This document shows positions 28,891-35,926 of a stretch of DNA of 64,000 nucleotides, piece by piece (the first letter of the stretch is position 1; each line of letters begins with the position of its first letter). The DNA comes from an uncultured Candidatus Saccharibacteria bacterium (lineage in GTDB: Bacteria > Patescibacteriota > Minisyncoccia > UBA6257 > 1-14-0-10-44-23). The stretch covers positions 155,922 to 219,921 of the forward strand of contig CAZJVT010000001.1 of assembly GCA_964549935.1 (NCBI GenBank), given 5' to 3'. Below the pieces are notes generated by a model, which saw only the letters and a program-made list of their open reading frames with translations, did no database searches and was not told where the DNA came from. The position numbers and the translations under genes are program-made.

Positions 28891-30354
28891 ATGACAACGT
28901 ATATACCAGTAATAGGGCTTGAGATACACGCTGAATTGCGCACCAAGAGCAAGATGTTTTGTGCTTGTCTGAATGACCCCGACGAGACGCGGCCGAATGT
29001 AAATATCTGTCCGGTGTGTATGGGTCACCCGGGGACGCTGCCCGTTGCCAACAAAGCGGCCATCGAGCACATGATTAAAATCGGTATGGCGGTTGGTGGT
29101 GAGATTCCGGCGGTTTCGAAGTTTGATCGCAAAAACTATTTTTATCCGGATATCCCGAAGGGATACCAAATTTCGCAATTCGATATTCCATTTGTGTTTG
29201 GCGGGAATTTAAAGGGAGTGCGAATTACACGCGTGCACTTGGAAGAGGATACGGCCAGCTCGACGCACCAAAAGGACTCGAGCGGCAAAGAGGTTTCGCT
29301 CATCGACTTTAACCGCGCCGGTACCGCGCTGATGGAGCTCGTTACTGATCCGTGTATCCGCGAGGTTAAACAGATTGGCGAGTTTGGTCGCGAGCTGCAA
29401 CTCATGCTCCGTTACCTTGGCGCTTCAGATGCGGATATGGAAAAGGGACAGATGCGCGTGGAGGTCAACTTGTCGCTTGGTACCATCGTCGACGGGGAGT
29501 TAAAGTTTGGCACCAAGGTGGAGGTCAAAAACATTGCTTCGTTTAATATGGCCGAGCGCGCCGCGGAGTACGAGATCAAGCGCCAGCGGGAGATTTTAGA
29601 AAACGGTGGCACGATTGACCAGGAGACGCGCGGTTGGGATGACCCGCACCAAAAGACAGTTAGCCAGCGTAAGAAGGAGAGCAGCCACGACTACCGCTAC
29701 TTCCCGGAGCCGGATATCCCGCCGGTGGATTTGTCGAAGTTTGATTTAAGGCGACTGAAGGCTGAGCTGCCGGAACTGCCCGCGCAAAAGCGCGTGCGCC
29801 TGGCCGATGAGTACGGGCTGACGACAGAGCAGATTGAGGTTTTGGTGTTCGACCGTGATTTGGCGGGATTTTTTGAAAACGTCGTTTCCGAGCTCAAGGA
29901 GGAATTGCGAGAGCAGTTTAATCCGAAAAAGCATGTTCCGCTTGCCGTTAATTATCTAACCAGCGACCTTAAGGGACTGATGGTTTCCGCCGGCATTAGC
30001 GACCCGCTCAAGACCAAAGTTACGGGTGAAAACCTGGCGGATTTGGTCATTTTAGTCGCCGGAGACAAGATTACCAGCCGTGTGGCTAAGGACGTTCTTA
30101 AGACTATGTTTGTAACAGGTGGCGATCCAAACGTCATCATTAAGGAGCAGGGGCTCCTGCAGATCTCGGATGAGGGAGCTTTGCGGATTGTCTGCGAAGA
30201 GCTAATTAAGGCTAACCCCGGGCCCGCTGCGGACTACAAGGGAGGTAAGGAGGCGGCGCTGATGTTCTTCGTTGGGCGAGCGATGGGCCAGCTCAAGGGG
30301 AAAGGCAACCCCGCAGTCCTGCAGAAGTTATTTAAGGAGCTGCTCGTTAGATAG
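28891..30354 (+). CDS. gatB: Aspartyl/glutamyl-tRNA amidotransferase subunit B.
   Basis: IGLEIHAEL..SKMFCAC..PVCMGHPGTLP and the C-terminal GatB/YqeY domain. Confidence 0.9.
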   Translation: MTTYIPVIGLEIHAELRTKSKMFCACLNDPDETRPNVNICPVCMGHPGTLPVANKAAIEHMIKIGMAVGGEIPAVSKFDRKNYFYPDIPKGYQISQFDIPFVFGGNLKGVRITRVHLEEDTASSTHQKDSSGKEVSLIDFNRAGTALMELVTDPCIREVKQIGEFGRELQLMLRYLGASDADMEKGQMRVEVNLSLGTIVDGELKFGTKVEVKNIASFNMAERAAEYEIKRQREILENGGTIDQETRGWDDPHQKTVSQRKKESSHDYRYFPEPDIPPVDLSKFDLRRLKAELPELPAQKRVRLADEYGLTTEQIEVLVFDRDLAGFFENVVSELKEELREQFNPKKHVPLAVNYLTSDLKGLMVSAGISDPLKTKVTGENLADLVILVAGDKITSRVAKDVLKTMFVTGGDPNVIIKEQGLLQISDEGALRIVCEELIKANPGPAADYKGGKEAALMFFVGRAMGQLKGKGNPAVLQKLFKELLVR

Positions 30355-30411
30355 CAAGCGCTTAGGTGGACAATTCGTACGAATTGTCCAGTTATGTAAA
30401 AAATAAAAAAT

Positions 30412-30996
30412 ATGAAAAAGGGAACACCGCTAGTTATTGGTCTTGGCGTGTTAATTGTCGCCTTAGTATTAGTAGGGATTTTTTGGCCGGCTACAAAAAC
30501 AGGGACACCGCCGGCTCCGGTCGTTACCGAGCTGCAGCGATACACGAATACCGCGAATGGATTCTTGCTTGAGTATCCGAAGGGGGCGACGGTCAAAGAA
30601 GGAGACCCCGAGGGGATTTATCTTGATGCAGATACCAATAACGCGACGACGGTTGTTTCTATCGTTTTCCCGCGAGTTGATACGTTTTCAGAAAACGGCA
30701 GTCACGGTTACTACCAGGCACAGGTCCGGGTAACGGCGACGATGACGGCCAAGTTTGCTTGTGCAATTGATTCCGACACGACCCCGACTGTCACGACGGG
30801 CAGCGATGCCGGAGCAGGCAACCGTCTTAACTGGACTCGTTACGGATACTGTCACGGCGGCAAACTGTACGGCGTCTACGACTTGTTTATGTCCGGCAGC
30901 GACGGTACGCCGCTTACGCCAAAGCTCGAGGCGGATATCGCCACGATGAAAACGCAGAGCGCGGCGGTTGCGAAGAGTTTTGAGTTCGTACAGTAA
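30412..30996 (+). CDS. Hypothetical secreted or membrane-anchored protein.
   Basis: N-terminal signal/anchor MKKGTPLVIGLGVLIVALVLVGIFW and a Thr/Gly-rich body. Confidence 0.5.
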   Translation: MKKGTPLVIGLGVLIVALVLVGIFWPATKTGTPPAPVVTELQRYTNTANGFLLEYPKGATVKEGDPEGIYLDADTNNATTVVSIVFPRVDTFSENGSHGYYQAQVRVTATMTAKFACAIDSDTTPTVTTGSDAGAGNRLNWTRYGYCHGGKLYGVYDLFMSGSDGTPLTPKLEADIATMKTQSAAVAKSFEFVQ

Positions 30997-30997
30997 A

Positions 30998-31237
30998 CTA
31001 CATTCCCTGCAACTGTTTGTAGATATCGAGCGAGCTTAGGAATTGCGGGATTGCGATGAGCAGTCCGAGCAGGGGAAGGACGGTGACGATGAGGGTAATA
31101 ATGAGCGTCCACTTAAAGAACTTGCGCATCTTCTCGGAAGACTTGTAGACCGCGTCTAACTTTTGCTCCATCGCCGTAAAGCGCTGGTCGAAGTTTAGAT
31201 TTGCAGTTTGAGCCGGTGCCGGGGTTTGTTCGTCCAT
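30998..31237 (-). CDS. Hypothetical small membrane protein.
   Basis: C-terminal TM WTLIITLIVTVLPLLGLLIAIPQF. Confidence 0.4.
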   Translation of the reverse strand: MDEQTPAPAQTANLNFDQRFTAMEQKLDAVYKSSEKMRKFFKWTLIITLIVTVLPLLGLLIAIPQFLSSLDIYKQLQGM

Positions 31238-31245
31238 AATTTTGT

Positions 31246-31539
31246 TTAGCGGTTTTTATTTTCTTGTGCGAATTTCTTTTGCGCCTCTTTCGCTATTTCG
31301 ATACACTCCTGCGGGTCGTAACCCAGGTCGTCGCACCAGCGGATAGTTGAGAAGATCATATTGCCGAGCTCCTTCTTGAGGTCGGCGTCGGTGTGGGTGC
31401 GGGCGTCTTTTTCTGCGCCGCGCTCGTATCTGCAGAGATCGCCAAGGTTTTTACCCAAGCGGACGATGATTCGTGAAAGCGAGAGCTTTTCATCGCCCCA
31501 GATCTGCCGACTCTCTGCCAAGAGGCCCTTAATGTCCAT
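31246..31539 (-). CDS. MazG-like nucleotide pyrophosphohydrolase domain protein.
   Basis: Small all-alpha protein; KELGNMIFSTIRWCDDLGYDP fits the MazG/NTP-PPase EEXXE/D region. Confidence 0.5.
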   Translation of the reverse strand: MDIKGLLAESRQIWGDEKLSLSRIIVRLGKNLGDLCRYERGAEKDARTHTDADLKKELGNMIFSTIRWCDDLGYDPQECIEIAKEAQKKFAQENKNR

Positions 31540-31606
31540 GCTTTTAGTATATCAGAAATGGAGTAAGCACTTTGCATTTGTAGGAAAGCGGGGTTATAGT
31601 GTGCGT

Positions 31607-32368
31607 ATGACTACACTTTATATTTATCTAGTGATTTTCGCCTTTATATTACTTGTTATTAGTATTCGGCAGATTAACCAGTATGAACGGGGGGTGAAGT
31701 TCACGCTTGGTAAATTTACTAAATTAATGGAACCCGGATGGCGCTTAGTCATTCCGATTTTCCAGAGTTATAAGAAAGTAGATATTCGCGTCAAAGCCGT
31801 TGACGTGCCAGACCAGAAGGCGATTACGCGTGACAACGTTTCGGTTACCGTAAACGCAGTGCTTTATTACAAGGTGTTTGCGGCCGAAAAAGCGGTTATT
31901 GAGGTTGAGGATTTTCAGTATGCTATTTCGCAGTACGCCCAGACGACTATGCGCAACATTGTCGGTGAGGTAACGCTTGATGAGCTGTTAGCGAATCGTG
32001 ACAAGATCGCCGAGCGTATCCGTGAGATTGTCGACGTTGAAACTGACGCCTGGGGTCTTAAAGTAAATAACGTTGAACTCAAAGACGTTAGCTTGGCTGA
32101 AAATATGGCCCGCACGATTGCGAAGCAGGCAGAGGCAGAGCGCGAGAAGCGTGCGGTTATCATCAACTCTGAGGGTGAGGTTGCTGCCGCGGAAAATATG
32201 GCTAAGGCCGCCGGCATTCTTTCGGCGGTACCGGGCGCCCTACACTTGCGTACACTTCAGACGATTAATGATGTCTCCTCTGATGAGTCCAACACGATGA
32301 TTTTTGCGATACCGATTGAGATTTTGAAGGCGCTTTCCGGCTTCGGGAAGAATGCTAAAGGAGAGTAG
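31607..32368 (+). CDS. SPFH/band-7 (stomatin-like) membrane protein.
   Basis: N-terminal TM then the SPFH domain: ERGVKFTLGKF..AITRDNVSVTVNAVLYYKV...LKDVSL and a coiled-coil tail. Confidence 0.8.
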   Translation: MTTLYIYLVIFAFILLVISIRQINQYERGVKFTLGKFTKLMEPGWRLVIPIFQSYKKVDIRVKAVDVPDQKAITRDNVSVTVNAVLYYKVFAAEKAVIEVEDFQYAISQYAQTTMRNIVGEVTLDELLANRDKIAERIREIVDVETDAWGLKVNNVELKDVSLAENMARTIAKQAEAEREKRAVIINSEGEVAAAENMAKAAGILSAVPGALHLRTLQTINDVSSDESNTMIFAIPIEILKALSGFGKNAKGE

Positions 32369-32612
32369 TTTCTCGGGCTTTTTCTGGCCGGATTTTTTCG
32401 CTATTGAAAAAAAGCCCGCGAAATAGTAAGCTTTACGGACAATTTAATATTCTGGAGTAGTTAGTGGGTTTTGGCCACCAGGCCAAAACGGGCAACTTCC
32501 ATAAAACTACTAGAAGGAATTGGTTGCCCTGGAAGATCGCCGAGCGCGAGGCGTTCTACCAGCGGATAATAGATTTATTAGAAATATCGTGGTTTCTCAA
32601 AACTAAATACAT

Positions 32613-32892
32613 TCCGGAGTAGTTCAGTGGTAGAACGCCTCGCTGTAAAGGTATTGCAGCTTTCAGCCGAAAGGTTGATTGAAAAATCTTGGGATAACGG
32701 TGGAGTCCTACTTTTGTAGGAGAATACCGTGGGAACTGGAATATATCATATATGATATATTCTGGAGCGCCGTAGAGACTAGATACCAGGAGACCTAAAA
32801 CGCAAGTCATGGTCGTGATATAGTCCACCCCTTTCAGTAATGAGAGGACACGTGTAACGAGGATGTCGTAGGTTCGATCCCTACCTCCGGAG
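32613..32892 (+). tRNA. tRNA-Asn(GUU) gene interrupted by a group I intron between anticodon positions 35 and 36. Exons are 32613-32646 and 32855-32892; CCA is not encoded.
   Basis: The spliced sequence folds as a canonical tRNA: acceptor tccggag/ctccgga, D-arm gttc-agtggta-gaac, anticodon stem cctcg/cgagg, loop cuGUUaa, variable atgtc, T-arm gtagg-ttcgatc-cctac, discriminator G. These match the E. coli tRNA-Asn D-arm, anticodon loop, variable loop and discriminator G exactly. Confidence 0.7.
32647..32854 (+). ncRNA. Group I (IC3-like) self-splicing intron in the tRNA anticodon loop; 208 nt with no ORF.
   Basis: Internal guide sequence gcagc (32656-60) pairs with the 5' exon end gctgU, with a U.G wobble at the splice site. 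Core GCCGTAGAGACTAGATACC...CCTAAAACGCAAGTCATGG...TAGTCC matches the conserved P7/P3 region of bacterial tRNA group I introns. The intron ends in G. Confidence 0.65.
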
Positions 32893-32928
32893 CTGACATT
32901 TTTAGGAGACTTGGAGTATACTTTTTTT

Positions 32929-33411
32929 ATGAAGGTTTACTGTATTGGTGGAGGATCCGGCACTGGCAAAACAACCGTTTGTGAAGAGTTGAAGAGAAGG
33001 GGCTACCAGGTTGTGGATGCCGATGAAGAGTTGGCATTTTTTGCTGATCCAAAGACTCGTTTACCTGTAAACGAGAAGACCACGCATTGGCTGTGGGATA
33101 AAGAAGAATTTCTTGCAGCAATTCAGAAGGGTCAGAACGAACCTGTCTTTGTTTGCGGGGGAGCAACGAATCAGGACGAGTTCAAAGATCATTTTGAAAA
33201 GATGTTCACGTTGCACGTAGACGATGCCGTGCTTAAGCATCGCCTTTTAACGAGAACTAACAATGACTTTGGTAAGGATCCAAAAGACTTAGCTCAGCAG
33301 CTTGAGTGGAATAAGAATGCAATTACATATGCCAAGCAGCGGGGCACGACGCTTATCGATGCAACAAGACCGCTCAAGGAGGTGGTAGACGAGATATTGC
33401 GTTTGCTTTAA
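32929..33411 (+). CDS. P-loop NTPase, putative nucleotide or nucleoside kinase.
   Basis: Walker A CIGGGSGTGKTTV; small kinase-like size; RBS aggaga upstream. Confidence 0.5.
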   Translation: MKVYCIGGGSGTGKTTVCEELKRRGYQVVDADEELAFFADPKTRLPVNEKTTHWLWDKEEFLAAIQKGQNEPVFVCGGATNQDEFKDHFEKMFTLHVDDAVLKHRLLTRTNNDFGKDPKDLAQQLEWNKNAITYAKQRGTTLIDATRPLKEVVDEILRLL

Positions 33412-33434
33412 CCTAAGGATGTAAAAATAAATCG

Positions 33435-33839
33435 ATGAAAGAAGTAATAATCGACGGGAATAACTTTTCAAGCAGAGGTGGCTTTATGCTCGAGATCCGC
33501 AGAAAATTCGCCAAAGATTTAGGTTGGGCGGATTATAATTCCGCAGGTGAAGTCAACCTTGATGGAGTTAATGATTTTCTAAGAGGTGGATTTAATGTTT
33601 ACGACTATGAAGAAAAGGTTCGAGTATTATGGAAAAATTCGGCAAAAAGTAAAATCGACCTCGGGAAAGAAGAAACACTAAAATATCTTGAGCATATATT
33701 AAAGCGCTGTCATTCGACTAATATTGAACATGTGAAGAAAGAAATCGAGGCGGTCAAAGAAAATAGGGGTCTTTTGCTTTTTGATCGAATCCTAGGACTT
33801 TTCGCTGATAAGCCATATATTGAGCTGCGCTTGGAGTAG
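33435..33839 (+). CDS. Barstar-like ribonuclease inhibitor (immunity) family protein with a C-terminal extension.
   Basis: MKEVIIDGNNFSSRGGFMLEIRRKFA..DYNSAGEVNLDGVNDFLRGG..VRVLWKN follows the barstar pattern (VIxG..I.S...h...L...L..P.YYG.NLDAL.D.L). Confidence 0.5.
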   Translation: MKEVIIDGNNFSSRGGFMLEIRRKFAKDLGWADYNSAGEVNLDGVNDFLRGGFNVYDYEEKVRVLWKNSAKSKIDLGKEETLKYLEHILKRCHSTNIEHVKKEIEAVKENRGLLLFDRILGLFADKPYIELRLE

Positions 33840-33897
33840 AATTTAGACAAACTAAAAGAAAGTTCTAATTTCCTTAGCCAAAGGGTATACTTTTGCT

Positions 33898-34323
33898 ATG
33901 GCAACAATAAATCCTTGGATTAACTTCAACGGCAACGCCGAAGAAGCGTTTACGTTTTATAAATCAGTCTTTGGCGGAGAGTTCGCCAAGGTTATGCGTT
34001 TTAAGGACCTAGCGGGGCCTGAATTTCCGGTAGCAGAAAAGGAGGCGAATAAAATAATGCATATTGCTCTGCCAATCGGCAACAATTTTTTAATTGCCAA
34101 CGACGTTCCGGAAGTTATGGGACGCGTAAATGAGAATGAGAACAGGAGTAAGATTGCGATTAGCGCAGAAAGTAAGGAAGATGCGGATAGGTTATTCGCC
34201 GGCCTTTCGGCGGGTGGGCAGGTAGAAATGCCAATTGCTGACAGTCCTTGGGGTTCCTATTTCGCAATGTTTAGAGATAAGTACGGGATTGAGTGGACAG
34301 TTGAATTTTCTCCGGGGAAATAG
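33898..34323 (+). CDS. VOC/glyoxalase-family protein (PhnB-like).
   Basis: INPWINFNGNAEEAFTFYKSVFG..IMHIALPIGNNFLIAND..EDADRLFAGLSAGGQVEMP. Confidence 0.65.
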   Translation: MATINPWINFNGNAEEAFTFYKSVFGGEFAKVMRFKDLAGPEFPVAEKEANKIMHIALPIGNNFLIANDVPEVMGRVNENENRSKIAISAESKEDADRLFAGLSAGGQVEMPIADSPWGSYFAMFRDKYGIEWTVEFSPGK

Positions 34324-34363
34324 AGCATCTCTGACAGAGGCCAATACCTAGGGCCTCTATTAT

Positions 34364-34615
34364 TCACCTATGCGTACACCCCGCCCAGCAGCAGGGGCGG
34401 CGCATGCCGTCTTCCATTTTAGAAATTGCTTTTTCGATTCGGATATTACGGGTTTCGGCTTTTTTACCGGAGGTAACCCAACAAATCCACTCGTTGCGGG
34501 CGAGCGGGGTGATATCTTCCCATAGTGCCTTCACTGCAGGCACTCTAACGAGCTCCTTTTGCAAGTCCTCGGGTAATTTGTGTACTGTGCCGCTGGCGAT
34601 TTTTTTGCTCTTCAT
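34364..34615 (-). CDS. YdeI/OmpD-associated family small protein (PF13376-like).
   Basis: LPEDLQKEL..P.A...W..LTPLARNEWICWVTSGKKAETRNIRIEKAISKMEDGMRRPC. Confidence 0.55.
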   Translation of the reverse strand: MKSKKIASGTVHKLPEDLQKELVRVPAVKALWEDITPLARNEWICWVTSGKKAETRNIRIEKAISKMEDGMRRPCCWAGCTHR

Positions 34616-34724
34616 AATGTGATTTTATCAAGAAGTTGTCAGTGCCGTCCACCTGCTTTTTCACCACTTTATTCGTTTGTAAGCAAATGTCATCATGTCC
34701 GTCTTCAACGGTATATGACTATAT

Positions 34725-35224
34725 CACACAAAAAGCAAGCAATACTTGCTGAGGCGTATCGTGAATATGAGCCAGCACTTAAGAGATACTCATTTTTTAA
34801 GGTCGGGAACCGTCCGCTCAGCACTGATCTAGTCCAGGAGACCTTTATTAAGACATGGAATTATATAGCGCGGGGTGGGCACATTGAGATGATGAGGTCG
34901 TTTCTTTATCATGTTCTGAATAGTTTGATTGTCGACGAATATCGGAAGCGTAAAACAATTTCACTAGATACACTCCTCGAAAAAGGGTATGAGCCTTCAA
35001 TCACTGAAGAGCCGAAGCATCTTTCTAACATGATCGACGGCAAAGTGGCCTTAGAGCTGATTCCGCGTCTTCCGGAAAAATACCAAACAATATTGCATTT
35101 GCGCTACGTGCAAGGTCTTTCTCTCTCTGAGGTTGCAGCTGCAATGGGGAAGTCAAAAAATACAATCGCGGTACAAACGTATCGAGGCCTTGAAAAATTA
35201 AAAAGTATTTATGAGGAGGTATAA
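34725..35224 (+). CDS. ECF-type RNA polymerase sigma-70 factor.
   Basis: Region 2 LVQETFIKTWNYI and region 4 HTH YQTILHLRYVQGLSLSEVAAAMGKSKNTIAVQTYRGLEKLK. Start chosen at the MTISHKK ATG. Confidence 0.8.
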
Positions 35225-35282
35225 ACGTGAACCCGCCGCGATCCTCCTGGACGCGGCGGGGTTGCGTGTTGCTCTTCGCTCA

Positions 35283-35813
35283 TCATTGAGGCGAATCGAT
35301 CGAGTCGAGGTTGGATCTGGGCCTATGCTGCCGCTTTTCAAGCATCACCAGAACTTCCAGGAATCGATCGAGATGAGCATCGTTGACAGCGTTTCCTGCA
35401 GGCGTCCAGCCGGTCGGCTCCTCGAAAGGTTCGTTGATTGCCTCTTGGAGATGGCTCCATTCAGCCGGAGTCAGGATCTCGAGCGGATTCAGCTCTCGGT
35501 CCCTGATGAGCTTCCAGAGGCGAATCATCGTACTCACCCTGTCCAGATGGCAGTCTTCCAAGTGGAGATACCAGATGTAGCCGTGCATGACGACAGGACC
35601 GGTCACGATCCCGATCCCGCAGCAGGCCGGGTTAGGGTGATCTGTGCCCCAGACGCCCAGGATGATCCAAGCACCGAGCCAGGTGAAGAGCCAGGCCACC
35701 GTAAGCGCCACCCATTCGCTCCTGTCGTACCTGTAGAGCTTAAGCCGCCAGAACAGGCGGGCCTTTCTCCGGAAAGTCCATTTCGCCATTGCGACACACT
35801 CCTTTGCAGACAT
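35283..35813 (-). CDS. Hypothetical single-pass membrane protein in a high-GC island, convergent with the sigma-factor gene.
   Basis: AAGGAAG RBS before the ATG (minus strand). TM WVALTVAWLFTWLGAWIILGVWG. Very high GC3. Confidence 0.5.
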   Translation of the reverse strand: MSAKECVAMAKWTFRRKARLFWRLKLYRYDRSEWVALTVAWLFTWLGAWIILGVWGTDHPNPACCGIGIVTGPVVMHGYIWYLHLEDCHLDRVSTMIRLWKLIRDRELNPLEILTPAEWSHLQEAINEPFEEPTGWTPAGNAVNDAHLDRFLEVLVMLEKRQHRPRSNLDSIDSPQ

Positions 35814-35926
35814 CTTCCTTTCCCAATTTTATCGTAAAACGTTTTTTAAGATTTTTCAAGATCATGCTTTATCGAGTCTTACGGCTGATAATTGACGAGG
35901 TCAGCGTAACTTACTAGGCTATATAT

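Noticed and set aside
32613-32892. Reading the interrupted tRNA as tRNA-Tyr(GUA), with the intron after position 37, or as tRNA-Thr(UGU).
   Set aside because: The short 5-nt variable loop and G73 discriminator do not fit bacterial tRNA-Tyr. P1 pairing (gcagc with gctgU) and the terminal intron G fit only the junction that yields anticodon GUU. The exons are near-identical to E. coli tRNA-Asn.
35211-35837. Plus-strand 208-aa ORF covering island C.
   Set aside because: The minus-strand frame has a proper RBS and a clean TM helix. The plus-strand frame is Arg/Pro-rich with no start context.
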